This document shows, piece by piece, positions 1-9,172 of a stretch of 64,000 nucleotides of DNA (its first letter is position 1; every line of letters begins with the position of its first letter). The position numbers were made by a program, and so were the translations under genes. Source of the DNA: Klebsiella phage 05F01; sequence record LC483177.1; one strand, written 5' to 3'. The notes under the pieces were generated by a model that searched no databases, had not been told where the DNA came from, and was given only the letters and a program-made list of their open reading frames with translations.

Positions 1-873
1 AACATAGATTTTTTGGACCCCTGTTTCAAATTTTTCAGAATCGGGAAATATCTGTTTAGAATCATCGACTTAGATATAATATCATACTTTAATCGAGGTT
101 TCAATAGGAGAATTGTAAAGATTGAGAGATATATTGCCTCATCTCAAAAATCTCTTTATAAATCAATGCAATAACATTTATAAACTAGTGTTTAGAAAGT
201 GTTATGTTATGGCTTACGCCTCTCACGTATCATCGCATTAATCAAAAGTCAAGTGAAATCTCATAACAAATAGGGAAAATTCTGATTGACAGCCATTTCA
301 CAATAAAGTAATCTCTCTTAAAGGGCTGTGCTCAACATTCCCCGCTAAAGCGGGTAATATTTTGCCCACGAACATTATTCATTGCCGGAGGCAATTCGCT
401 TAACAATGTAAATTGTTTCGCTTTAATATTATTATTGTGCTAAACATATATGTTACAGCGTAACATAATGATGTTTGTCAATGCATTTGTAATACATGAC
501 AACATGCAACGCATGCCGTAATACAACGTATTACAATATATAAGCATAAGCATGTGAATGCGGAGCATTTACAATGCCCTCGCAGCAATAGACATTCATG
601 TTATGAATGGGTAGGGGTGTGATATGCTTATATATTGTTAGAAAGTGGGAGCTTTCAAACAATAACATTCTGTGAAATAAAAGAGAGAAAAGGCTTGTTT
701 TATAGTGAGAGTGAGTGTATATTGTATTCATTGAAGTAATTCAATCGCCAGGATAGTGAATGCACAGGGCGTTAAATAGGACAGACTCCACGTGTTAGCT
801 AACACAGGTCATCGGAGACTAAACCGAATAGCTAAAACATCTTAGATTATGTTATAATTAAGAGGAAAATATA

Positions 874-1110
874 ATGCATTATCCTGATAAAGCTAAAGCG
901 GCAGCACAAACTTACTTTAATTCCTTTGCTCGACTGTTTGGTAAAACACCTAACTTCCCATCGAGTGAAGAACGTCTGTCAGCTTTGTATTGTATCGAGA
1001 CCATTATTCTAGAAAACATGCGTAAGTATTCAGGAGATCCCGCCATGCCTAGAATTGTTGATATGGAAGTTCTGGATAAAATGGAAGAACTGATTAACAC
1101 ATACCAGTAG
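874..1110 (+). CDS. hypothetical protein (78 aa)
   Basis: ORF with an AAGAGGAAAA RBS-like stretch upstream. No recognisable motif. Confidence 0.4.
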   Translation: MHYPDKAKAAAQTYFNSFARLFGKTPNFPSSEERLSALYCIETIILENMRKYSGDPAMPRIVDMEVLDKMEELINTYQ

Positions 1111-1118
1111 TTGTTAAG

Positions 1119-1307
1119 GTGAATATAATGGTTTTTGATGATCTTCTTTTAGGTGGTGAATATAAATCTTATTTTGATGTTTGTAGTGATACAAGATATA
1201 CCATTACACAAATAGGGTTTTTATATGTCTCGGTGTCTGTTAGTGGTGCCAGCTTTATAGCAAAACTGACTGTTAAAAACTTTTTAGAAAACTTCTACAA
1301 AGTTTAA
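1119..1307 (+). CDS. hypothetical small protein (62 aa)
   Basis: Short ORF right after the previous gene with a hydrophobic stretch. Weak support. Confidence 0.25.
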   Translation: MNIMVFDDLLLGGEYKSYFDVCSDTRYTITQIGFLYVSVSVSGASFIAKLTVKNFLENFYKV

Positions 1308-1585
1308 GGTTGTAGGTAGAAAATAATTATGCACTAAAATTGAATAGTAATTCACTTGTAAATGAGAAATTTATCATTAAGAGGAGGAATTAGGTTTTCT
1401 TCTCTTTTTGGTGTTATCTAAGAAGTTGAACCACTAATTAGGCTTTATCAGCGACGTTCTAAGAGGTTGTAGTGTTTAGGTGTATGATGGTATCAAGTGG
1501 CGGAGATCTCTTTATAGCGCGTTTTATGCAAAAAGTTTCTGTGAGAGGTTTTGATAGGTGAAATCTCTAATCATAGATAACATGC

Positions 1586-1608
1586 AAAAGAAAGGGCCTT
1601 TCGGCCCT
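1586..1608. terminator. GC hairpin AGGGCC-tttc-GGCCCT, likely a bidirectional intrinsic terminator
   Basis: Perfect 6-bp GC stem. It is T-rich on the minus-strand side and overlaps the stop codon of the 1607..2032(-) gene. Confidence 0.5.
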
Positions 1609-2032
1609 ATTTGATGTTTAATTTGTTTGCTAGATGATAAGCCCTATCTTTCAGGTTGTTCATTTGTATGTGATACATTTCTAAAACATCTTGCTTTCTT
1701 TCTTCGCTTCGCGTTGTTTCGTATTTCTCTTTGTATTGAACTCTCAATTCTGATTTTGCTGTCTTAATCTGGTTTGCTTCTTGCTTTGCTTCTTTCCACT
1801 TGTTAGGCATTACACCAGACCCGCCACACTTATAACACACTCCCATTTGAATTTCTTTGTAACACTCTATCTTCTTCTTGCCTTTACACCTTGAGCAAGT
1901 AATGTCTTTTTGTTCGTGTTTATCAGCTTCATTGATGATTTTGTCTAAGATACAAACTTTTGTGATTTTCATTTTGTTTATCTCATTCGTTGCCTGAGAT
2001 AAGATAATACGACAAAAGGCCAGAGGATGCAA
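1607..2032 (-). CDS. hypothetical Cys-rich (CxxC...CxxC) putative zinc-binding protein
   Basis: 141-aa ORF with the motifs CSRCKGKKKIECY...CYKCGGSG. It lies in a leftward gene block. Confidence 0.5.
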   Translation of the reverse strand: MHPLAFCRIILSQATNEINKMKITKVCILDKIINEADKHEQKDITCSRCKGKKKIECYKEIQMGVCYKCGGSGVMPNKWKEAKQEANQIKTAKSELRVQYKEKYETTRSEERKQDVLEMYHIQMNNLKDRAYHLANKLNIK

Positions 2033-2061
2033 CCCCCTAGCCCAATATTTTATGGATTATT

Positions 2062-2241
2062 TTAAATTGCGTCTTTACTTAAGCTGTTACCTGTCATGAT
2101 GTAATTAGTAACACTGTGGTTTAATAGGTCTATACCAGTAATAATAACTTTAGGTTCTGATTTACGGTCTTCACGTTCTTTCTGCATTTCTTCCCAACGT
2201 TTAGCCCCAAATTTTGCAATCATTTTTTCTGAAAAAGTCAT
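2062..2241 (-). CDS. small hypothetical protein (59 aa), not in the ORF track
   Basis: Hand translation gives MTFSEKMIAKFGAKRWEEMQKEREDRK... An AGAGGTAAG RBS lies 6 nt upstream of the ATG. Confidence 0.35.
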   Translation of the reverse strand: MTFSEKMIAKFGAKRWEEMQKEREDRKSEPKVIITGIDLLNHSVTNYIMTGNSLSKDAI

Positions 2242-2671
2242 TTTATCTTACCTCTATTTATATGTTTAGGATTTTTATCCCCTCTGATAAACATCATATC
2301 ACAATGAAGATAAGACGCAAGAGTAGAATTGTAAATAAATAGAATAAATTCCTTGTTTCTTAAGATAACACTATAGGGTATTTGTCAAATTTATTTTCAT
2401 TCACTGTATAAACCAACATACCTTTTAAACGCTCTAAAACACGTTCTAAGCGCTTTTGTGTCCTGGCAATACCCTAGCTCATAAACAAATAGATCTCACC
2501 AATAAGAGTAATTCTCATTTGTAAATTAAAGTTGGCATGATATTTGTTGAGAATCATTCTCAATATAAATTACACGTAGCTCCAGTGTGTTTCCTTCGGT
2601 TTCATCGTTGCCGCCCATAGAAAACATGATAACAAAATCCAGGGCAAAAGCAAGCCCTGGAATTGTAAAGA

Positions 2672-2959
2672 TTAAATCTCTTCTCTAGCATTATTGAACT
2701 TTGAATCATCATAGCCATCGCGATAATGGATGTTTTCCCTTTGAGATTCATCAAAAGGCTTACCGTTTACAAAATCATTCCATCCATCATCGTAGTATTT
2801 CATATTTACGGGGTTTATTTCTTCCACCTTTCTGATCAGTGAGTCAACCTCTTTTAAGTGTTGTTGAAATTCTCCATTCGTTTCAAATGGTTCTCTCATG
2901 TTACGGGGATAATCTTTTAACACTTTTAACAACAATGCTTTTTCTTTGACTGTAAACAT
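2672..2959 (-). CDS. hypothetical protein (95 aa)
   Basis: ORF in the leftward block. Confidence 0.45.
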   Translation of the reverse strand: MFTVKEKALLLKVLKDYPRNMREPFETNGEFQQHLKEVDSLIRKVEEINPVNMKYYDDGWNDFVNGKPFDESQRENIHYRDGYDDSKFNNAREEI

Positions 2960-2997
2960 AATCTTTACCTCTTCAATGTCTTATGTTGATAAGTTAA

Positions 2998-3333
2998 TCA
3001 TTTTGTGTTACCTCTTTTTATTTCTCCTTCTTTCGGTAACAATAACAAATCCTCTGCTTTCCATCCGTTACGGGAGACTTGATATATTGCTTCCTCCACC
3101 TCTTCAATTTTGGCTTGCAATGCTGCTCTACGTTGGATCAAGGCTAAATGTAAGTTTTTAACGGCTTCTCCTGTTGTGGCTCCTGTGCTTTCGATCTCTC
3201 CGTTTCCAGTGCCTGGCATAGCTCCCGCTGTGCTGCTGGCGGTATAATGTCCACGCTTAGACCAGTAGACACGAAAATTTGACATTTGGAAAACATATTT
3301 TTTAAGGATATTGCAAAAGATAATCATTCTCAT
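2998..3333 (-). CDS. hypothetical protein
   Basis: ORF in the leftward block. The true start may be an internal Met. Confidence 0.4.
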   Translation of the reverse strand: MRMIIFCNILKKYVFQMSNFRVYWSKRGHYTASSTAGAMPGTGNGEIESTGATTGEAVKNLHLALIQRRAALQAKIEEVEEAIYQVSRNGWKAEDLLLLPKEGEIKRGNTK

Positions 3334-3353
3334 TAACCTTTTATTATGCTTGA

Positions 3354-3683
3354 TTAATTATTTGAACATTGCCATTCTGCCCCGTCTTGGGACATTAGAT
3401 CATTGGCCCAATCTAACGTTTCACAATATAACTTCGCTGTCAAGCTCTGCCGTAAATCATCCTGCGCCCACTGCCGAACCGCCTGATCGAAACTAGGGTA
3501 ATCATAAGCGTAAGCCTGATCGGTGTTATGCCACGGATAGCAATAAAGATAAACCTTTTCCAAGGCTTCACGTTGCTGTTCAAACGTCATTGATTCAGGA
3601 TCATACAACATAAACGGCTCAAAGTGATCAAGGCGTTCAAGTGATTGATCATTGCTTGTCTGTAACGTGTTAATGTATGGCAT
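3354..3683 (-). CDS. hypothetical protein, GC-richer moron-like gene
   Basis: 109-aa ORF. Its codon composition is visibly more GC-rich than the flanks. A GAGGTGA RBS and a GC hairpin lie upstream. Confidence 0.5.
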   Translation of the reverse strand: MPYINTLQTSNDQSLERLDHFEPFMLYDPESMTFEQQREALEKVYLYCYPWHNTDQAYAYDYPSFDQAVRQWAQDDLRQSLTAKLYCETLDWANDLMSQDGAEWQCSNN

Positions 3684-3728
3684 GTTATCACCTCAAAGGC
3701 GGGGAACCGTAGCGGCTCCCCTGAATTG

Positions 3729-3992
3729 TTAGATTTTACCTTCCATCATTAAACCCTCTACCAGGGTCATTTGATAGCGTTTAGGCTGATAGGCTTGCAT
3801 CGCCTTTTCTGCGCCCTTACGGGTTTTATAAGGCTTGATAGGCATCTTTGCCACTGTCACGCCAGCGCCCCGACCATAATCAACTTCTTTAACAACCTCA
3901 AAGAGTCCATTTGCATTTTGAACCACTACCAAACGTTTGAAAGCGATCAGGCCAGTCTCTTTGACGGTGTAACGCTCCAGGATGATTTCCAT
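3729..3992 (-). CDS. hypothetical protein, GC-richer moron-like gene
   Basis: 87-aa ORF with its own minus-strand promoter (TTGCAA-17-TATAGT) and a 5' GC hairpin. Confidence 0.5.
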   Translation of the reverse strand: MEIILERYTVKETGLIAFKRLVVVQNANGLFEVVKEVDYGRGAGVTVAKMPIKPYKTRKGAEKAMQAYQPKRYQMTLVEGLMMEGKI

Positions 3993-4043
3993 TTTTATTA
4001 CCCTTTAAGGATTGAGCGGGAGAAGTTCCCGCCCTTCAAAGTA

Positions 4044-4072
4044 ACTATAGCAAACGGCGATCAGACTTGCAA
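4044..4072 (-). promoter_or_regulatory. sigma70-like promoter (TTGCAA-17nt-TATAGT) for the 3729..3992 gene
   Basis: Read on the minus strand: the -35 is at 4067..4072 and the -10 (TATAGT) at 4044..4049. A GC hairpin at 4016..4032 follows. Confidence 0.45.
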
Positions 4073-4080
4073 ACAATTTA

Positions 4081-4449
4081 TTAAAAGTTTTCAAAAACCA
4101 TAATAGGATTTTCGCCATTGCACAAGATTTCAAAATCGAAACTTTTATACCAATCTAAAAGAGAAAAGGCGTTATCTTCTCCATTGTCGCACTCAAGAAA
4201 GATAAATTGGCAATCATAACACTCATCAATAAAATTACTAAGCAGTAAAGTTCCCTTCCCCTCCCCTCTCGAATCTTCTTCTACATAAAGATTATTAATA
4301 ACAGCAACATTAATATTTTTTTCAAGGACAGGAGGCACTAAAAACCTTTTAGTAAACCAATTTACAATTTGCTCCTGGTCAGAAGAAACTTTATAACCTT
4401 CAATAGAACCTTTTTCATCTTCATCATAAATAGTGATTTGTTCGTACAT
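4081..4449 (-). CDS. GNAT-family N-acetyltransferase (putative)
   Basis: GNAT motif A, RGEGKG, within YVEEDSRGEGKGTLLLSNFID. 122 aa. Confidence 0.45.
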   Translation of the reverse strand: MYEQITIYDEDEKGSIEGYKVSSDQEQIVNWFTKRFLVPPVLEKNINVAVINNLYVEEDSRGEGKGTLLLSNFIDECYDCQFIFLECDNGEDNAFSLLDWYKSFDFEILCNGENPIMVFENF

Positions 4450-4521
4450 AATATTTATCCGTAATAGTTAGGAATCTATTTAAATATGATTACTTATGGC
4501 TTATATGTTTCCTTTTCCTCT

Positions 4522-4905
4522 TTAAAAATAAATTTTCCCATCGTCGCCAATGTATGGATCAGCTTCGCCGTATGTCTGCGCTAACGTGGTGAGGCGCTCC
4601 CCTAAATCACCTAAACCACGATCCCAGAATCCCGCGCCGTGATGGTTGCGAGTTAGCCAGAAGTCATGCCCCGCATAAGCGTATGCGCCGCCGTCGCCTT
4701 TCCCGTACCATTCAGGCAGATCAGCCAGGAGGTTAGCCCCTGCAAATAAGAATGATTCGCATTCTTCTTTCGCCTTGCGTTTCGCTTCGGTTGACAGGTC
4801 GAACCCTTCCAGGCTCTCCACCTCTTCACCGTCCTGGTCTGTGCCGCTGCTACTCCACAACATCGCCTCAATATAAGCCGCTAAAAAGACTTCAAAGTTG
4901 GTCAT
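4522..4905 (-). CDS. hypothetical protein, GC-richer moron-like gene
   Basis: Start re-assigned to the MTNFEV Met, which has an AGGAA RBS. GC-richer codon usage. Has its own promoter and a perfect 8-bp GC hairpin upstream. Confidence 0.5.
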   Translation of the reverse strand: MTNFEVFLAAYIEAMLWSSSGTDQDGEEVESLEGFDLSTEAKRKAKEECESFLFAGANLLADLPEWYGKGDGGAYAYAGHDFWLTRNHHGAGFWDRGLGDLGERLTTLAQTYGEADPYIGDDGKIYF

Positions 4906-4957
4906 GAGAATCATTCCTATTTGTGAGGCGGGAACCATTCCCGCCCCTCTGATAAAC

Positions 4958-4986
4958 ACTATAGCAAACATTCGGCAGCAGAGCAA
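4958..4986 (-). promoter_or_regulatory. sigma70-like promoter (TTGCTC-17nt-TATAGT) for the 4522..4905 gene
   Basis: Minus-strand -35 at 4981..4986 and -10 at 4958..4963. The hairpin GGCGGGAA-cca-TTCCCGCC lies at 4927..4945. Confidence 0.4.
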
Positions 4987-5234
4987 GCTACTTTTAATCT
5001 TTCAACAATAACTAATCTATCAGCTGTAATAGTAGTTGATCCGGTTTTTCCACTTTGATAATGATAGTCAATTCCAATAAAATCCCCCATCGGTCTTAAG
5101 TTGTCAACTTTCACCTTATAGGCTTCTAATAGGAAAGTTTCACGGTGTAAGATATCCCCTGGCTTTATCTCCATGCCCTTTATGATGTGCTTTTTCACTA
5201 ACAGAAAACGTAAGATAGTTTTAATGATATTCAT
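4959..5234 (-). CDS. hypothetical protein
   Basis: Start placed at the MNIIKTIL Met, which has a GAGGG RBS. Confidence 0.4.
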   Translation of the reverse strand: MNIIKTILRFLLVKKHIIKGMEIKPGDILHRETFLLEAYKVKVDNLRPMGDFIGIDYHYQSGKTGSTTITADRLVIVERLKVACSAAECLL

Positions 5235-5385
5235 TTTGTAACCCTCATGTTTTGTTGAATCCATTATTGCAAAGGAACAAAAGCAAGTCAAAAAATTTTA
5301 TAGAAAATTATTTTAATTTTTCTCTTTACTTCTTCTTTGCCTATGTTATGATGTTTGTATAGAGGACGAACTAGGAAACAAGGCA

Positions 5386-5661
5386 ATGAAAATTTCAAAA
5401 TCAGTTGTTAACTATGCAGGACGTAGAAACATCTCTCTGGACACCTTCAAAGAAGGGACAAAAACCACTTTATGTTTTTATGAGTCTGATAATGATAACG
5501 AGTGGATGTTTTCATATACTTGTAATGAAGATGGTACCCTCACCTGGAACGGCAATATCTATCTTTCTCAGAGCATCAAAGAGGAGTTGCCAGCCACAAT
5601 CTTTAATGAAAAGCAACTTAAAGAAGTAATTGATTTTGTTAGCAAAGAAATCAAAAAATAA
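5386..5661 (+). CDS. hypothetical protein (91 aa)
   Basis: ORF with RBS. First gene of the rightward early block. Confidence 0.5.
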   Translation: MKISKSVVNYAGRRNISLDTFKEGTKTTLCFYESDNDNEWMFSYTCNEDGTLTWNGNIYLSQSIKEELPATIFNEKQLKEVIDFVSKEIKK

Positions 5662-5721
5662 TGTTGACTATGCCCCAATAATGGGGCATGATACATAAAC
5701 ACCAAACAATGAGGATATAAC

Positions 5722-6150
5722 ATGAAAATCACAGAAAAAGATATTGCACCGGGTAGAGTATTTTATTGTGTTGATTTCTTACCTGGTCGCAGTGAAGCTA
5801 AACTAATGGCAAAGATTATTGTAACATCATTTGTTAATACTAATAACAATATTAAAAAACCGTGGTTTACTTGTATCCACGATTACCGACCTTATGGCTT
5901 CGATTGGGAGCATAAAGATGCGCATGACTTTTTACATGATATCGGCATTGGTGCATGCTACAATATGCACAGGATGTTTACAACCGAAGAGAGCGCACTT
6001 GATTATGTTAAACAATGTAATTCAGGGGTATTTGTAGACAAAACTGATCAAGAGTATTATGATAGTGAAACCCGCCCTGATGCAGTGGAACGTAGGGCAC
6101 TCTTTGATGAATTTGATTATGATTATTTTTGTTTAGATGTTAGATACTAA
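5722..6150 (+). CDS. hypothetical protein (142 aa)
   Basis: ORF with an AGGATATAA RBS region. Confidence 0.55.
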   Translation: MKITEKDIAPGRVFYCVDFLPGRSEAKLMAKIIVTSFVNTNNNIKKPWFTCIHDYRPYGFDWEHKDAHDFLHDIGIGACYNMHRMFTTEESALDYVKQCNSGVFVDKTDQEYYDSETRPDAVERRALFDEFDYDYFCLDVRY

Positions 6151-6164
6151 TTAAGGTTGACAAG

Positions 6165-6467
6165 ATGAATTCAGCAAAGTTATTAACACTATTAAGATCA
6201 ATCACTAATGACACGATTAAGGCGTGTCAAATTGGGGAATATACCCCTGATGCCATATTTCGTATCCATAACGAGAAAGTGTTAAATGTCAATAATATTG
6301 TGCGGTATAATCAAGATTTAAATAAAAAAGTTAAATTGAAATACTTTGCTGAAATTCGTAAAATTTCACTTGATCCATGCAGGAATAAAGGTTATGATGT
6401 AATCAGAAACCAGTTAATGACTAAAGCAAAAACATTAACAGGGTGTATCACTTTAAGTAAGCGTTAA
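6165..6467 (+). CDS. hypothetical protein (100 aa)
   Basis: ORF with RBS. Confidence 0.5.
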   Translation: MNSAKLLTLLRSITNDTIKACQIGEYTPDAIFRIHNEKVLNVNNIVRYNQDLNKKVKLKYFAEIRKISLDPCRNKGYDVIRNQLMTKAKTLTGCITLSKR

Positions 6468-6468
6468 G

Positions 6469-6496
6469 TTGACTTTTCGTTATAGCGTCCTATAAT
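6469..6496 (+). promoter_or_regulatory. sigma70-like promoter: TTGACT-16nt-TATAAT, with the -10 embedded in the palindrome ATAGCG...CGCTAT
   Basis: Near-consensus hexamers. The inverted repeat 6482..6487 / 6500..6505 flanks the -10. Confidence 0.55.
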
Positions 6497-6542
6497 GGGC
6501 GCTATAGAGAAGAGAAACTAGTCCAACAAAGAGAGTAAGCAA

Positions 6543-6716
6543 ATGGAAATTATAGCAGAACTTAAAATAAAAGGTATCGACCCGGTTATTATGACTTATG
6601 AGGATCTGCAATATACCGTAATATATGGGGAACAATCAGAAACTTACGATTATTACGATGAGGCGGAGCAGGCTTTTAAAGCGTTTGCCGAGCTTGCGAT
6701 GGATGAATATCGTTAA
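6543..6716 (+). CDS. small hypothetical protein (57 aa), not in the ORF track
   Basis: Hand translation gives MEIIAELKIKGIDPVIMTYEDLQYTVIYGEQSETYDYYDEAEQAFKAFAELAMDEYR. It lies downstream of the 6469 promoter. Confidence 0.35.
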   Translation: MEIIAELKIKGIDPVIMTYEDLQYTVIYGEQSETYDYYDEAEQAFKAFAELAMDEYR

Positions 6717-6723
6717 AAATAAG

Positions 6724-6752
6724 TTGACTTTCTGTAATGGCTGTGGAACAAT
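6724..6752 (+). promoter_or_regulatory. promoter cassette: TTGACT-17nt-AACAAT, with the palindrome AATGGCTGT...ACAGCCATT
   Basis: A duplicate of the cassette at 11480. It is followed by GAAGAGAGAAAC. Confidence 0.45.
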
Positions 6753-6796
6753 ACAGCCATTGAAGAGAGAAACCAAACAATCTAACGAGGTGTAAA

Positions 6797-7018
6797 ATGA
6801 TTACATTTGCAATTATTTCCCTGGTAGCTGGTGAAGTGATGATTAACGATACTTTCCAAGCTGATGAGAATAAACAGGGCGAGATCACTGATGCTTACAA
6901 CGATTGCAAAGCAAACGAACGCATGTTATCACCTTGCATGCTTATGAGTGTGCGAGATGATAAAACAATTGTGTTTACTAATGTTGAAACATGGTATCAA
7001 TTGGTGGTTGCAAAATAA
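6797..7018 (+). CDS. hypothetical protein (73 aa)
   Basis: ORF downstream of the promoter cassette. Confidence 0.45.
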   Translation: MITFAIISLVAGEVMINDTFQADENKQGEITDAYNDCKANERMLSPCMLMSVRDDKTIVFTNVETWYQLVVAK

Positions 7019-7035
7019 ATTTCATCTAGTATAAT
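7008..7035 (+). promoter_or_regulatory. sigma70-like promoter: TTGCAA-16nt-TATAAT
   Basis: Near-consensus hexamers upstream of the 7068 gene. Confidence 0.5.
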
Positions 7036-7067
7036 ACTAACATCACTTGAGCAAAAAGAGGTCACAC

Positions 7068-7325
7068 ATGAAAGTTTTACATAATTATACTGGTATGAAA
7101 ATTTTGGGTATGGATTTTGCCAGCAACTACGGCGACGAAATTCATGGATGCGTTGTGTTCAATTACAAAGGTTTTGAAATTTCTGCCAGCACAGGTGCAA
7201 TTAATGCTGTGCAAGGTATGAACACCGCTGGCCCAACTCCTGTACTCGTTACCAATCTTGCTACTAAAGAAGAGATGGATTTTTACACTATTCAGGATGC
7301 GATTGATCATATCATTACATTGTAA
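7068..7325 (+). CDS. hypothetical protein
   Basis: The track ORF starts at a TTG at 7047. The ATG at 7068 has an AAGAGG RBS and is preferred. Confidence 0.5.
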   Translation: MKVLHNYTGMKILGMDFASNYGDEIHGCVVFNYKGFEISASTGAINAVQGMNTAGPTPVLVTNLATKEEMDFYTIQDAIDHIITL

Positions 7326-7338
7326 TTATTAAAAGTAC

Positions 7339-7366
7339 TTGCAAAGTAAGCTGAGTATTGTATAAT
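7339..7366 (+). promoter_or_regulatory. sigma70-like promoter: TTGCAA-16nt-TATAAT, followed by a leader hairpin (7377..7395)
   Basis: AAAAGTACTTGCAA...TATAAT, then GGGAGAG-atagc-CTCTCCC. Confidence 0.55.
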
Positions 7367-7414
7367 GTTTTTCATAGGGAGAGATAGCCTCTCCCACTTT
7401 TAAGGAATACTATC

Positions 7415-7765
7415 ATGTTTATGAATCTGGCTGATATGGTTGAAGAAAATGGTAAAACCGTTCGTGAAAACAATGAGGCATTGCAACATAACATTCCACT
7501 CTATACAATGGTGGAAGTAGAAAGCGATGAACCTGGGAAATTTTTACGCCTTTTTGTTGTAGAACATGCCCGCGATTGTGATGGTACCCCATTATATTCT
7601 TTGTCGTTTGACAAAAATTCGGTGATTGAACGTAACAAAATGGAACGCGATCTATTATCTAGTACTCCCGGAACATTTGAACATTCTGTTAACGTATCAT
7701 TTTATCATCGCTTTAGTGGTGCAATTTTGAACGGATATCCTGAGAGTTCACTCACTATCATTTAA
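7415..7765 (+). CDS. hypothetical protein (116 aa)
   Basis: ORF with an AAGGAATAC RBS. Confidence 0.5.
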   Translation: MFMNLADMVEENGKTVRENNEALQHNIPLYTMVEVESDEPGKFLRLFVVEHARDCDGTPLYSLSFDKNSVIERNKMERDLLSSTPGTFEHSVNVSFYHRFSGAILNGYPESSLTII

Positions 7766-7778
7766 TACTAAAAAGTGG

Positions 7779-7807
7779 TTGCAAAGTAATTCCAATACTG
7801 TCATAAT
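7779..7807 (+). promoter_or_regulatory. sigma70-like promoter: TTGCAA-17nt-CATAAT
   Basis: AAAAGTGGTTGCAA motif. The track ORF's TTG start codon is actually the -35 element. Confidence 0.45.
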
Positions 7808-7838
7808 GACTTTATTGAAACGAAACAACATTAAGGAA

Positions 7839-8078
7839 ATGAAAATGACTGTACTGAATATTGGTTACTCACGCCGTGTAGAAGTATCAATGGAAGTCGA
7901 GATCGTAGCAGTAGGAGTGGACGCTAATGACCTGATGGAAGGTCTGACAGCGGGAAGCTATGAGGTTATGACTGGTACGGGTGAAATCATTAACAATAAG
8001 GGCGACATAGTAGCACGTTATAAAGAGTATGAGGAAGATAACGAACGTCACTGTGAGTTCGAATTGTTTGAAGAATAA
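7839..8078 (+). CDS. hypothetical protein
   Basis: Start moved from the track's TTG (7779) to an ATG downstream of the promoter, where there is an AAGGAA RBS. Confidence 0.4.
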   Translation: MKMTVLNIGYSRRVEVSMEVEIVAVGVDANDLMEGLTAGSYEVMTGTGEIINNKGDIVARYKEYEEDNERHCEFELFEE

Positions 8079-8361
8079 AGTTTTACTATGGTACTTGACA
8101 ATAGAATCTAGTCCTAGCATGTTTGATACTGAATTAAAAGCTAAAGATGTTTATTTTTTGTTATAGTGGTGATAATATAATACCTTATAAACTTAATACA
8201 TGGTGAATTTATGAAAGGCCCAACAAAAGAAATCATGATAGAAGCAAGTCGATTTTCTAATAAAAAAGAAAAGAGACAATGCTTTATTCTTTGTGGTGTA
8301 ACGCTTGCAATTGGTTTAATTTGTGTTATCATCACTTATACAAACATTTGAGGGCCTTAAA

Positions 8362-8658
8362 ATGAAATCAACAAAAGAATATTTCTTCCTTAATGAGATC
8401 AAAGACGGGGTTATTGTTAGCATTGACAATGACACAAAATCACCTAATACAACTTCTCTTCATTTCACAGAAGAGGTGGCACCATACAGTAAAAACTTGT
8501 ATATTGAAGTGAAACAAGTATGTCCTAATGAATATACTATAGCTTATGAGGCTACATCAAAGAGCATACAAGAACAGATTAGTCAAGTAGAATCTAAGAA
8601 AATTCCTGGTGAAATTCTTAACTGCACAATTGCATTGATAGTGAATGATTTTTTCTAA
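8362..8658 (+). CDS. hypothetical protein
   Basis: Internal Met (MKSTKEY) with a GAGGG RBS chosen as the start. Confidence 0.45.
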   Translation: MKSTKEYFFLNEIKDGVIVSIDNDTKSPNTTSLHFTEEVAPYSKNLYIEVKQVCPNEYTIAYEATSKSIQEQISQVESKKIPGEILNCTIALIVNDFF

Positions 8659-8724
8659 AAAGTAGTTGACACTTATTATCTAGTATAAGAAAATACATAT
8701 CAAGGGCGGGGATGTCTTCGCTTA

Positions 8725-9084
8725 ATGAGAGAAAACAAAATGACTAAAGAAATTAACAAAGCTCCTAAAGTTGATGTAAATCTTTCTGATGTTGAATGTG
8801 TTCATATCCTGGCGCGGCGATGGTTCCAACGTTCATATGGAAACACTTACTTTTCTTTGTCGGTTGATGTAGAGGTAGATGGTAAATTAATTGAGGTTGT
8901 TAATGTCCCGTTTGAATATGGATATGGAGATCATTACGACACGGTGGCATTGCAGCAATTTAAAAAAGCTGTTAATATCGATATAGATTTAGCTGATTAC
9001 TGCTACTTGTCGCGTAGCCTTAAGGAATCAGGGATCAAAGTATACAACCATGTTTCTGATGTAGACCGTAAAAAAGATTTATAA
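8725..9084 (+). CDS. hypothetical protein (119 aa)
   Basis: ORF downstream of the AAAGTAGTTGACA motif at 8659. Confidence 0.5.
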   Translation: MRENKMTKEINKAPKVDVNLSDVECVHILARRWFQRSYGNTYFSLSVDVEVDGKLIEVVNVPFEYGYGDHYDTVALQQFKKAVNIDIDLADYCYLSRSLKESGIKVYNHVSDVDRKKDL

Positions 9085-9089
9085 AAAGA

Positions 9090-9118
9090 TTGACAGTAAG
9101 AAAGGTATAGCAGATAAT
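9090..9118 (+). promoter_or_regulatory. sigma70-like promoter: TTGACA-17nt-GATAAT
   Basis: Near-consensus hexamers. Confidence 0.5.
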
Positions 9119-9172
9119 GTATCACATAGAGCGGGGCAATGGTGCAACGCTAAATAATCAGAGTAGATTAAA

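Noticed and set aside
531-731. 66-aa minus-strand ORF in the repeat-rich non-coding region
   Set aside because: It has no RBS and lies in palindrome/repeat DNA. It is likely spurious.
4040-4052. T7-like promoter core (CTATAG) considered
   Set aside because: No single-subunit RNAP is present. Read on the minus strand, the sequence fits a sigma70 -10 (TATAGT) with a properly spaced -35.
4653-4871. 72-aa ORF inside 4522..4986 in another frame
   Set aside because: It is an Arg-rich alternative frame of a GC-rich gene. It is nested, so not called.
7779-7838. TTG start of track ORF 7779..8078
   Set aside because: The TTG is the -35 hexamer (TTGCAA) of a promoter. Translation more likely starts at a downstream ATG.
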